From Auanema rhodensis (lineage: Eukaryota; Animalia; Nematoda): a stretch of 64,000 nucleotides of DNA. The translations under genes and the position numbers were made by a program. Below are positions 11,584-25,974 of this stretch, piece after piece (the stretch's first letter is position 1; every line of letters begins with the position of its first letter). A model generated the notes under the pieces. It ran no database searches. It saw only the letters and a program-made list of their open reading frames with translations, and was not told the origin of the DNA. The DNA lies in NCBI GenBank assembly GCA_964057225.1, contig OZ059896.1:21514001-21578000 (forward strand), read 5' to 3'.

Positions 11584-14500
11584 ACAGATCGACGCAGCTT
11601 AAAAATCCGCATCGAATGCACTATACCACATTGAGAAACGCTTAATACAAAAATTAGTTATGATCGTTTGAAAATTGATGCATTAGTGTATGTTGAGTTT
11701 CCATGTACACTCAACATTGCTTCCAAAAACATTTTGACAACAATTTTTTCGAAAAATTTCAAAATAATTTAGCAAAAAGTAGAAGTTTTTAGATTCCTTT
11801 TTTCAAGGCAAAGACGATGGACAATGTTATTCAACGAAAAAATTAATTCTTCAGGGTGAAAATCGAGGATATAAGTGTGAACTTATATCAGTTGATATCT
11901 CGGTGCATTTTTAAGCTAGCGCAAATCTGATAACACAGATCGACGCAGCTTAAAAATCCGCATCGAATGCACTATACTACATTGAGAAACGCTTAATACA
12001 AAAATTAGTTATGATCGTTTGAAAAATGATGCATTAGTGTATGTTGAGTTTCCATGTACACTCAACATTGCTTCCAAAAACATTTTGACAAAAATTTTTT
12101 CGAAAAATTTCAAAATAATTTAGCAAAAAGTAGATGTTTTTAGATTCCTTTTTTCAAGGCAAAGACGATGGACAATGTTATTCAACGAAAAAATTAATTC
12201 TTCAGGGTGAAAATCGAGGATATAAGTGTGAACTTATATCAGTTGATATCTCGGTGCATTTTTAAGCTAGCGCAAATCTGATAACACAGATCGACGCAGC
12301 TTAAAAATCCGCATCGAATGCACTATACCACATTGAGAAACGCTTGATACAAAAATTAGTTATGATCGTTTGAAAATTGATGCATTAGTGTATGTTGAGT
12401 TTCCATGTACACTCTACATTGCTTCCAAAAACATTTTGACAAAAATTTTTTCGAAAAATTTCAAAATAATTTAGCAAAAAGTAGATGTTTTTAGATTCCT
12501 TTTTTCAAGGCAAAGACGATGGACAATGTTATTCAACGAAAAAATTAATTCTTCAGGGTGAAAATCGAGGATATAAGTGTGAACTTATATCAGTTGATAT
12601 CTCGATGCATTTTTAAGCTAGCGCAAATCTGATAACACAGATCGACGCAGCTTAAAAATCCGCATCGAATGCACTATACCACATTGAGAAACGCTTAATA
12701 CAAAAATTAGTTATGATCGTTTGAAAATTGATGCATTAGTGTATGTTGAGTTTCCATGTACACTCAACATTGCTTCCAAAAACATTTTGACAACAATTTT
12801 TTCGAAAAATTTCAAAATAATTTAGCAAAAAGTAGAAGTTTTTAGATTCCTTTTTTCAAGGCAAAGACGATGGACAATGTTATTCAACGAAAAAATTAAT
12901 TCTTCAGGGTGAAAATCGAGGATATAAGTGTGAACTTATATCAGTTGATGTCTCGGTGCATTTTTAAGCTAGCGCAAATCTGATAACACAGATCGACGCA
13001 GCTTAAAAATCCGCATCGAATGCACTATACTACATTGAGAAACGCTTAATACAAAAATTAGTTATGATCGTTTGAAAATTGATGCATTAGTGTATGTTGA
13101 GTTTCCATGTACACTCAACATTGCTTCCAAAAACATTTTGACAAAAATTTTTTCGAAAAATTTCAAAATAATTTAGCAAAAAGTAGATGTTTTTAGATTC
13201 CTTTTTTCAAGGCAAAGACGATGGACAATGTTATTCAACGAAAAATTTAATTCTTCAGGGTGAAAATCGAGGATATAAGTGTGAACTTATATCAGTTGAT
13301 ATCTCGGTGCATTTTTAAGCAAGCGCAAATCTGATAACACAGATCGACGCAGCTTAAAAATCCGCATCGAATGCACTATACCACATTGAGAAACGCTTAA
13401 CACAAAAATTAGTTATGATCGTTTGAAAATTGATGCATTAGTGTATGTTGAGTTTCCATGTACACTCTACATTGCTTCCAAAAACATTTTGACAAAAATT
13501 TTTTCGAAAAATTTCAAAATAATTTAGCAAAAAGTAGATGTTTTTAGATTCCTTTTTTCAAGGCAAAGACGATGGACAATGTTATTCAACGAAAAAATTA
13601 ATTCTTCAGGGTGAAAATCGAGGATATAAGTGTGAACTTATATCAGTTGATATCTCGATGCATTTTTAAGCTAGCGCAAATCTGATCACACAGATCGACG
13701 CAGCTTAAAAATCCGCATCGAATGCACTATACCACATTGAGAAACGCTTAATACAAAAATTAGTTATGATCGTTTGAAAATTGATGCATTAGTGTATGTT
13801 GAGTTTCCATGTACACTCAACATTGCTTCCAAAAACATTTTGACAACAATTTTTTCGAAAAATTTCAAAATAGTTTAGCAAAGAGTAGATGTTTTTAGAT
13901 TCCTTTTTTCAAGGCAAAGACGATGAACAATGTTATTCAACGAAAAAATCAATTCTTCAGGGTGAAAATCGAGGATATAAGTGTGAACTTATATCAGTTG
14001 ATATCTCGATGCATTTTTAAGCTAGCGCAAATCTGATAACACAGATCGACGCAGCTTAAAAATCCGCATCGAATGCACTATACCACATTGAGAAACGCTT
14101 AATACAAAAATTAGTTATGATCGTTTGAAAATTGATGCATTAGTGTATGTTGAGTTTCCATGTTCACTCAACATTGCTTCCAAAAACATTTTGACAAAAA
14201 TGTTTTCGAAAAATTTCAAAATAATTTAGCAAAAAGTAGATGTTTTTAGATTCCTTTTTTCAAGGCAAAGACGATGGACAATGTTATTCAACGAAAAAAT
14301 TAATTCTTCAGGGTGAAAATCGAGGATATAAGTGTGAACTTATATTAGTTGATATCTCGATGCATTTTTAAGCTAGCGCAAATCTGATAACACAGATCGA
14401 CGCAGCTTAAAAATCCGCATCGAATGCACTATACCACATTGAGAAACGCTTAATACAAAAATTAGTTATGATCGTTTGAAAATTGATGCATTAGTGTATG

Positions 14501-17500
14501 TTGAGTTTCCATGTACACTCAACATTGCTTCCAAAAACATTTTGACAAAAATTTTTTCGAAAAATTTCAAAATAATTTAGCAAAAAGTAGATGTTTTTAG
14601 ATTCCTTTTTTCAAGGCAAAGACGATGGACAATGTTATTCAACGAAAAAATTAATTCTTCAGGGTGAAAATCGAGGATATAAGTGTGAACTTATATCAGT
14701 TGATATCTCGGTGCATTTTTAAGCAAGCGCAAATCTGATAACACAGATCGACGCAGCTTAAAAATCCGCATCGAATGCACTATACCACATTGAGAAACGC
14801 TTAATACAAAAATTAGTTATGATCGTTTGAAAATTGATGCATTAGTGTATGTTGAGTTTCCATGTACACTCTACATTGCTTCCAAAAACATTTTGACAAA
14901 AATTTTTTCGAAAAATTTCAAAATAATTTAGCAAAAAGTAGATGTTTTAAGATTCCTTTTTTCAAGGCAAAGACGATGGACAATGTTATTCAACGAAAAA
15001 ATTAATTCTTCAGGGTGAAAATCGAGGATATAAGTGTGAACTTATATCAGTTGATATCTCGGTGCATTTTTAAGCTAGCGCAAATCTGATAACACAGATC
15101 GACGCAGCTTAAAAATCCGCATCGAATGCACTATACTACATTGAGAAACGCTTAATACAAAAATTAGTTATGATCGTTTGAAAAATGATGCATTAGTGTA
15201 TGTTGAGTTTCCATGTACACTCAACATTGCTTCCAAAAACATTTTGACAAAAACTTTTTCGAAAAATTTCAAAATAATTTAGCAAAAAGTAGATGTTTTT
15301 AGATTCCTTTTTTTAAGGCAAAGACGATGGACAATGTTATTCAACGAAAAAATTAATTCTTCAGGGTGAAAATCGAGGATATAAGTGTGAACTTATATCA
15401 GTTGATATCTCGGTGCATTTTTAAGCTAGCGCAAATCTCATAACACAGATCGACGCAGCTTGAAAATCCGCATCGAATGCACTATACTACATTGAGAAAC
15501 GCTTAATACAAAAATTAGTTATGATCGTTTGAAAATTGATGCATTAGTGTATGTTGAGTTTCCATGTACACTCTACATTGCTTCCAAAAACATTTTGACA
15601 AAAATTTTTTCGAAAAATTTCAAGATAATTTAGCAAAAAGTAGATGTTTTTAGATTCCTTTTTTCAAGGCAAAGACGATGGACAATGTTATTCAACGAAA
15701 AAATTAATTCTTCAGGGTGAAAATCGAGGATATAAGTGTGAACTTATATCAGTTGATATCTCGATGCATTTTTAAGCTAGCGCAAATCTGATAACACAGA
15801 TCGACGCAGCTTAAAAATCCGCATCGAATGCACTATACCACATTGAGAAACGCTTAATACAAAAATTAGTTATGATCGTTTGAAAATTGATGCATTAGTG
15901 TATGTTGAGTTTCCATGTACACTCAACATTGCTTCCAAAAACATTTTGACAAAAATTTTTTCGAAAAATTTCAAAACAATTTAGCAAAAAGTAGATGTTT
16001 ATAGATTCCTTTTTTGAAGGCAAAGACGATGGACAATGTTATTCAACGAAAAAATTAATTCTTCAGGGTGAAAATCGAGGATATAAGTGTGCACTTATAT
16101 CAGTTGATATCTTGGTGCATTTTTAAGCTAGCGCAAATCTGATAACACAGATCGACGCAGCTTAAAAATCCGCATCGAATGCACTATACTACATTGAGAA
16201 ACGCTTAATACAAAAGTTAGTTATGATCGTTTGAAAAATGATGCCTTAGTGTATGTTGAGTTTCCATGTACACTCAATATTGCTTCCAAAAACATTTTGA
16301 CAAAAATTTTTTCGATAAATTTCAAAATAGTTTAGCAAAGAGTAGATGTTTTTAGATTCCTTTTTTTAAGGCAAAGACGATGGACAATGTTATTCAACGA
16401 AAAAATTAATTCTTCAGGGTGAAAATCGAGGATATAAGTGTGAACTTATATCAGTTGATATCTCGGTGCATTTTTAAGCTAGCGCAAATCTGATAACACA
16501 GATCGACGCAGCTTAAAAATCCGCATCGAATGCACTATACTACATTGAGAAACGCTTAATACAAAAATTAGTTATGATCGTTTGAAAAATGATGCATTAG
16601 TGTATGTTGAGTTTCCATGTACACTCAACATTGCTTCCAAAAACATTTTGACAAAAATTTTTTCGAAAAATTTCAAAATAATTTAGCAAAAAGTAGATGT
16701 TTTTAGATTCCTTTTTTCAAGGCAAAGACGATGGACAATGTTATTCAACGAAAAAATTAATTCTTCAGGGTGAAAATCGAGGATATAAGTGTGAACTTAT
16801 ATCAGTTGATATCTCGGTGCATTTTTAAGCTAGCGCAAATCTGATAACACAGATCGACGCAGCTTAAAAATCCGCATCGAATGCACTATACCACATTGAG
16901 AAACGCTTGATACAAAAATTAGTTATGATCGTTTGAAAATTGATGCATTAGTGTATGTTGAGTTTCCATGTACACTCTACATTGCTTCCAAAAACATTTT
17001 GACAAAAATTTTTTCGAAAAATTTCAAAATAATTTAGCAAAAAGTAGATGTTTTTAGATTCCTTTTTTCAAGGCAAAGACGATGGACAATGTTATTCAAC
17101 GAAAAAATTAATTCTTCAGGGTGAAAATCGAGGATATAAGTGTGAACTTATATCAGTTGATATCTCGATGCATTTTTAAGCTAGCGCAAATCTGATAACA
17201 CAGATCGACGCAGCTTAAAAATCCGCATCGAATGCACTATACCACATTGAGAAACGCTTAATACAAAAATTAGTTATGATCGTTTGAAAATTGATGCATT
17301 AGTGTATGTTGAGTTTCCATGTACACTCAACATTGCTTCCAAAAACATTTTGACAACAATTTTTTCGAAAAATTTCAAAATAATTTAGCAAAAAGTAGAA
17401 GTTTTTAGATTCCTTTTTTCAAGGCAAAGACGATGGACAATGTTATTCAACGAAAAAATTAATTCTTCAGGGTGAAAATCGAGGATATAAGTGTGAACTT

Positions 17501-20500
17501 ATATCAGTTGATATCTCGGTGCATTTTTAAGCTAGCGCAAATCTGATAACACAGATCGACGCAGCTTAAAAATCCGCATCGAATGCACTATACTACATTG
17601 AGAAACGCTTAATACAAAAATTAGTTATGATCGTTTGAAAATTGATGCATTAGTGTATGTTGAGTTTCCATGTACACTCAACATTGCTTCCAAAAACATT
17701 TTGACAAAAATTTTTTCGAAAAATTTCAAAATAATTTAGCAAAAAGTAGATGTTTTTAGATTCCTTTTTTCAAGGCAAAGACGATGGACAATGTTATTCA
17801 ACGAAAAATTTAATTCTTCAGGGTGAAAATCGAGGATATAAGTGTGAACTTATATCAGTTGATATCTCGGTGCATTTTTAAGCAAGCGCAAATCTGATAA
17901 CACAGATCGACGCAGCTTAAAAATCCGCATCGAATGCACTATACCACATTGAGAAACGCTTAATACAAAAATTAGTTATGATCGTTTGAAAATTGATGCA
18001 TTAGTGTATGTTGAGTTTCCATGTACACTCTACATTGCTTCCAAAAACATTTTGACAAAAATTTTTTCGAAAAATTTCAAAATAATTTAGCAAAAAGTAG
18101 ATGTTTTTAGATTCCTTTTTTCAAGGCAAAGACGATGGACAATGTTATTCAACGAAAAAATTAATTCTTCAGGGTGAAAATCGAGGATATAAGTGTGAAC
18201 TTATATCAGTTGATATCTCGATGCATTTTTAAGCTAGCGCAAATCTGATCACACAGATCGACGCAGCTTAAAAATCCGCATCGAATGCACTATACCACAT
18301 TGAGAAACGCTTAATACAAAAATTAGTTATGATCGTTTGAAAATTGATGCATTAGTGTATGTTGAGTTTCCATGTACACTCAACATTGCTTCCAAAAACA
18401 TTTTGACAACAATTTTTTCGAAAAATTTCAAAATAATTTAGCAAAAAGTAGAAGTTTTTAGATTCCTTTTTTCAAGGCAAAGACGATGGACAATGTTATT
18501 CAACGAAAAAATTAATTCTTCAGGGTGAAAATCGAGGATATAAGTGTGAACTTATATCAGTTGATATCTCGGTGCATTTTTAAGCTAGCGCAAATCTGAT
18601 AACACAGATCGACGCAGCTTAAAAATCCGCATCGAATGCACTATACCACATTGAGAAACGCTTAATACAAAAATTAGTTATGATCGTTTGAAAATTGATG
18701 CATTAGTGTATGTTGAGTTTCCATGTACACTCAACATTGCTTCCAAAAACATTTTGACAAAAATTTTTTCGAAAAATTTCAAAATAATTTAGCAAAAAGT
18801 AGATGTTTTTAGATTCCTTTTTTCAAGGCAAAGACGATGGACAATGTTATTCAACGAAAAAATTAATTCTTCAGGGTGAAAATCGAGGATATAAGTGTGA
18901 ACTTATATCAGTTGATATCTCGATGCATTTTTAAGCTAGCGCAAATCTGATAACACAGATCGACGCAGCTTAAAAATCCGCATCGAATGCACTATACCAC
19001 ATTGAGAAACGCTTAATACAAAAATTAGTTATGATCGTTTGAAAATTGATGCATTAGTGTATGTTGAGTTTCCATGTACACTCAACATTGCTTCCAAAAA
19101 CATTTTGACAACAATTTTTTCGAAAAATTTCAAAATAATTTAGCAAAAAGTAGAAGTTTTTAGATTCCTTTTTTCAAGGCAAAGACGATGGACAATGTTA
19201 TTCAACGAAAAAATTAATTCTTCAGGGTGAAAATCGAGGATATAAGTGTGAACTTATATCAGTTGATATCTCGGTGCATTTTTAAGCTAGCGCAAATCTG
19301 ATAACACAGATCGACGCAGCTTAAAAATCCGCATCGAATGCACTATACTACATTGAGAAACGCTTAATACAAAAATTAGTTATGATCGTTTGAAAAATGA
19401 TGCATTAGTGTATGTTGAGTTTCCATGTACACTCAACATTGCTTCCAAAAACATTTTGACAAAAATTTTTTCGAAAAATTTCAAAATAATTTAGCAAAAA
19501 GTAGATGTTTTTAGATTCCTTTTTTCAAGGCAAAGACGATGGACAATGTTATTCAACGAAAAAATTAATTCTTCAGGGTGAAAATCGAGGATATAAGTGT
19601 GAACTTATATCAGTTGATATCTCGGTGCATTTTTAAGCTAGCGCAAATCTGATAACACAGATCGACGCAGCTTAAAAATCCGCATCGAATGCACTATACC
19701 ACATTGAGAAACGCTTGATACAAAAATTAGTTATGATCGTTTGAAAATTGATGCATTAGTGTATGTTGAGTTTCCATGTACACTCTACATTGCTTCCAAA
19801 AACATTTTGACAAAAATTTTTTCGAAAAATTTCAAAATAATTTAGCAAAAAGTAGATGTTTTTAGATTCCTTTTTTCAAGGCAAAGACGATGGACAATGT
19901 TATTCAACGAAAAAATTAATTCTTCAGGGTGAAAATCGAGGATATAAGTGTGAACTTATATCAGTTGATATCTCGATGCATTTTTAAGCTAGCGCAAATC
20001 TGATAACACAGATCGACGCAGCTTAAAAATCCGCATCGAATGCACTATACCACATTGAGAAACGCTTAATACAAAAATTAGTTATGATCGTTTGAAAATT
20101 GATGCATTAGTGTATGTTGAGTTTCCATGTACACTCAACATTGCTTCCAAAAACATTTTGACAACAATTTTTTCGAAAAATTTCAAAATAATTTAGCAAA
20201 AAGTAGAAGTTTTTAGATTCCTTTTTTCAAGGCAAAGACGATGGACAATGTTATTCAACGAAAAAATTAATTCTTCAGGGTGAAAATCGAGGATATAAGT
20301 GTGAACTTATATCAGTTGATATCTCGGTGCATTTTTAAGCTAGCGCAAATCTGATAACACAGATCGACGCAGCTTAAAAATCCGCATCGAATGCACTATA
20401 CTACATTGAGAAACGCTTAATACAAAAATTAGTTATGATCGTTTGAAAATTGATGCATTAGTGTATGTTGAGTTTCCATGTACACTCAACATTGCTTCCA

Positions 20501-23500
20501 AAAACATTTTGACAAAAATTTTTTCGAAAAATTTCAAAATAATTTAGCAAAAAGTAGATGTTTTTAGATTCCTTTTTTCAAGGCAAAGACGATGGACAAT
20601 GTTATTCAACGAAAAATTTAATTCTTCAGGGTGAAAATCGAGGATATAAGTGTGAACTTATATCAGTTGATATCTCGGTGCATTTTTAAGCAAGCGCAAA
20701 TCTGATAACACAGATCGACGCAGCTTAAAAATCCGCATCGAATGCACTATACCACATTGAGAAACGCTTAATACAAAAATTAGTTATGATCGTTTGAAAA
20801 TTGATGCATTAGTGTATGTTGAGTTTCCATGTACACTCTACATTGCTTCCAAAAACATTTTGACAAAAATTTTTTCGAAAAATTTCAAAATAATTTAGCA
20901 AAAAGTAGATGTTTTTAGATTCCTTTTTTCAAGGCAAAGACGATGGACAATGTTATTCAACGAAAAAATTAATTCTTCAGGGTGAAAATCGAGGATATAA
21001 GTGTGAACTTATATCAGTTGATATCTCGATGCATTTTTAAGCTAGCGCAAATCTGATCACACAGATCGACGCAGCTTAAAAATCCGCATCGAATGCACTA
21101 TACCACATTGAGAAACGCTTAATACAAAAATTAGTTATGATCGTTTGAAAATTGATGCATTAGTGTATGTTGAGTTTCCATGTACACTCAACATTGCTTC
21201 CAAAAACATTTTGACAACAATTTTTTCGAAAAATTTCAAAATAGTTTAGCAAAGAGTAGATGTTTTTAGATTCCTTTTTTCAAGGCAAAGACGATGAACA
21301 ATGTTATTCAACGAAAAAATCAATTCTTCAGGGTGAAAATCGAGGATATAAGTGTGAACTTATATCAGTTGATATCTCGATGCATTTTTAAGCTAGCGCA
21401 AATCTGATAACACAGATCGACGCAGCTTAAAAATCCGCATCGAATGCACTATACCACATTGAGAAACGCTTAATACAAAAATTAGTTATGATCGTTTGAA
21501 AATTGATGCATTAGTGTATGTTGAGTTTCCATGTTCACTCAACATTGCTTCCAAAAACATTTTGACAAAAATGTTTTCGAAAAATTTCAAAATAATTTAG
21601 CAAAAAGTAGATGTTTTTAGATTCCTTTTTTCAAGGCAAAGACGATGGACAATGTTATTCAACGAAAAAATTAATTCTTCAGGGTGAAAATCGAGGATAT
21701 AAGTGTGAACTTATATTAGTTGATATCTCGATGCATTTTTAAGCTAGCGCAAATCTGATAACACAGATCGACGCAGCTTAAAAATCCGCATCGAATGCAC
21801 TATACCACATTGAGAAACGCTTAATACAAAAATTAGTTATGATCGTTTGAAAATTGATGCATTAGTGTATGTTGAGTTTCCATGTACACTCAACATTGCT
21901 TCCAAAAACATTTTGACAAAAATTTTTTCGAAAAATTTCAAAATAATTTAGCAAAAAGTAGATGTTTTTAGATTCCTTTTTTCAAGGCAAAGACGATGGA
22001 CAATGTTATTCAACGAAAAAATTAATTCTTCAGGGTGAAAATCGAGGATATAAGTGTGAACTTATATCAGTTGATATCTCGGTGCATTTTTAAGCAAGCG
22101 CAAATCTGATAACACAGATCGACGCAGCTTAAAAATCCGCATCGAATGCACTATACCACATTGAGAAACGCTTAATACAAAAATTAGTTATGATCGTTTG
22201 AAAATTGATGCATTAGTGTATGTTGAGTTTCCATGTACACTCTACATTGCTTCCAAAAACATTTTGACAAAAATTTTTTCGAAAAATTTCAAAATAATTT
22301 AGCAAAAAGTAGATGTTTTAAGATTCCTTTTTTCAAGGCAAAGACGATGGACAATGTTATTCAACGAAAAAATTAATTCTTCAGGGTGAAAATCGAGGAT
22401 ATAAGTGTGAACTTATATCAGTTGATATCTCGGTGCATTTTTAAGCTAGCGCAAATCTGATAACACAGATCGACGCAGCTTAAAAATCCGCATCGAATGC
22501 ACTATACTACATTGAGAAACGCTTAATACAAAAATTAGTTATGATCGTTTGAAAAATGATGCATTAGTGTATGTTGAGTTTCCATGTACACTCAACATTG
22601 CTTCCAAAAACATTTTGACAAAAACTTTTTCGAAAAATTTCAAAATAATTTAGCAAAAAGTAGATGTTTTTAGATTCCTTTTTTTAAGGCAAAGACGATG
22701 GACAATGTTATTCAACGAAAAAATTAATTCTTCAGGGTGAAAATCGAGGATATAAGTGTGAACTTATATCAGTTGATATCTCGGTGCATTTTTAAGCTAG
22801 CGCAAATCTCATAACACAGATCGACGCAGCTTGAAAATCCGCATCGAATGCACTATACTACATTGAGAAACGCTTAATACAAAAATTAGTTATGATCGTT
22901 TGAAAATTGATGCATTAGTGTATGTTGAGTTTCCATGTACACTCTACATTGCTTCCAAAAACATTTTGACAAAAATTTTTTCGAAAAATTTCAAAATAAT
23001 TTAGCAAAAAGTAGATGTTTTTAGATTCCTTTTTTCAAGGCAAAGACGATGGACAATGTTATTCAACGAAAAAATTAATTCTTCAGGGTGAAAATCGAGG
23101 ATATAAGTGTGAACTTATATCAGTTGATATCTCGATGCATTTTTAAGCTAGCGCAAATCTGATAACACAGATCGACGCAGCTTAAAAATCCGCATCGAAT
23201 GCACTATACCACATTGAGAAACGCTTAATACAAAAATTAGTTATGATCGTTTGAAAATTGATGCATTAGTGTATGTTGAGTTTCCATGTACACTCAACAT
23301 TGCTTCCAAAAACATTTTGACAAAAATTTTTTCGAAAAATTTCAAAACAATTTAGCAAAAAGTAGATGTTTATAGATTCCTTTTTTGAAGGCAAAGACGA
23401 TGGACAATGTTATTCAACGAAAAAATTAATTCTTCAGGGTGAAAATCGAGGATATAAGTGTGCACTTATATCAGTTGATATCTTGGTGCATTTTTAAGCT

Positions 23501-25974
23501 AGCGCAAATCTGATAACACAGATCGACGCAGCTTAAAAATCCGCATCGAATGCACTATACTACATTGAGAAACGCTTAATACAAAAGTTAGTTATGATCG
23601 TTTGAAAAATGATGCCTTAGTGTATGTTGAGTTTCCATGTACACTCAATATTGCTTCCAAAAACATTTTGACAAAAATTTTTTCGATAAATTTCAAAATA
23701 GTTTAGCAAAGAGTAGATGTTTTTAGATTCCTTTTTTTAAGGCAAAGACGATGGACAATGTTATTCAACGAAAAAATTAATTCTTCAGGGTGAAAATCGA
23801 GGATATAAGTGTGAACTTATATCAGTTGATATCTCGGTGCATTTTTAAGCTAGCGCAAATCTGATAACACAGATCGACGCAGCTTAAAAATCCGCATCGA
23901 ATGCACTATACTACATTGAGAAACGCTTAATACAAAAATTAGTTATGATCGTTTGAAAAATGATGCATTAGTGTATGTTGAGTTTCCATGTACACTCAAC
24001 ATTGCTTCCAAAAACATTTTGACAAAAATTTTTTCGAAAAATTTCAAAATAATTTAGCAAAAAGTAGATGTTTTTAGATTCCTTTTTTCAAGGCAAAGAC
24101 GATGGACAATGTTATTCAACGAAAAAATTAATTCTTCAGGGTGAAAATCGAGGATATAAGTGTGAACTTATATCAGTTGATATCTCGGTGCATTTTTAAG
24201 CTAGCGCAAATCTGATAACACAGATCGACGCAGCTTAAAAATCCGCATCGAATGCACTATACCACATTGAGAAACGCTTGATACAAAAATTAGTTATGAT
24301 CGTTTGAAAATTGATGCATTAGTGTATGTTGAGTTTCCATGTACACTCTACATTGCTTCCAAAAACATTTTGACAAAAATTTTTTCGAAAAATTTCAAAA
24401 TAATTTAGCAAAAAGTAGATGTTTTTAGATTCCTTTTTTCAAGGCAAAGACGATGGACAATGTTATTCAACGAAAAAATTAATTCTTCAGGGTGAAAATC
24501 GAGGATATAAGTGTGAACTTATATCAGTTGATATCTCGATGCATTTTTAAGCTAGCGCAAATCTGATAACACAGATCGACGCAGCTTAAAAATCCGCATC
24601 GAATGCACTATACCACATTGAGAAACGCTTAATACAAAAATTAGTTATGATCGTTTGAAAATTGATGCATTAGTGTATGTTGAGTTTCCATGTACACTCA
24701 ACATTGCTTCCAAAAACATTTTGACAACAATTTTTTCGAAAAATTTCAAAATAATTTAGCAAAAAGTAGAAGTTTTTAGATTCCTTTTTTCAAGGCAAAG
24801 ACGATGGACAATGTTATTCAACGAAAAAATTAATTCTTCAGGGTGAAAATCGAGGATATAAGTGTGAACTTATATCAGTTGATATCTCGGTGCATTTTTA
24901 AGCTAGCGCAAATCTGATAACACAGATCGACGCAGCTTAAAAATCCGCATCGAATGCACTATACTACATTGAGAAACGCTTAATACAAAAATTAGTTATG
25001 ATCGTTTGAAAATTGATGCATTAGTGTATGTTGAGTTTCCATGTACACTCAACATTGCTTCCAAAAACATTTTGACAAAAATTTTTTCGAAAAATTTCAA
25101 AATAATTTAGCAAAAAGTAGATGTTTTTAGATTCCTTTTTTCAAGGCAAAGACGATGGACAATGTTATTCAACGAAAAATTTAATTCTTCAGGGTGAAAA
25201 TCGAGGATATAAGTGTGAACTTATATCAGTTGATATCTCGGTGCATTTTTAAGCAAGCGCAAATCTGATAACACAGATCGACGCAGCTTAAAAATCCGCA
25301 TCGAATGCACTATACCACATTGAGAAACGCTTAATACAAAAATTAGTTATGATCGTTTGAAAATTGATGCATTAGTGTATGTTGAGTTTCCATGTACACT
25401 CTACATTGCTTCCAAAAACATTTTGACAAAAATTTTTTCGAAAAATTTCAAAATAATTTAGCAAAAAGTAGATGTTTTTAGATTCCTTTTTTCAAGGCAA
25501 AGACGATGGACAATGTTATTCAACGAAAAAATTAATTCTTCAGGGTGAAAATCGAGGATATAAGTGTGAACTTATATCAGTTGATATCTCGATGCATTTT
25601 TAAGCTAGCGCAAATCTGATCACACAGATCGACGCAGCTTAAAAATCCGCATCGAATGCACTATACCACATTGAGAAACGCTTAATACAAAAATTAGTTA
25701 TGATCGTTTGAAAATTGATGCATTAGTGTATGTTGAGTTTCCATGTACACTCAACATTGCTTCCAAAAACATTTTGACAACAATTTTTTCGAAAAATTTC
25801 AAAATAATTTAGCAAAAAGTAGAAGTTTTTAGATTCCTTTTTTCAAGGCAAAGACGATGGACAATGTTATTCAACGAAAAAATTAATTCTTCAGGGTGAA
25901 AATCGAGGATATAAGTGTGAACTTATATCAGTTGATATCTCGGTGCATTTTTAAGCTAGCGCAAATCTGATAAC
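11584..25974. repeat. 21-monomer-period (7371 bp) duplication: m34-m53 matches m55-m74
   Basis: The same order of marker monomers occurs in both copies. The rare monomer with 158C/184G/194G/237A/261C was seen only at 13690 and 21061. Confidence 0.85.
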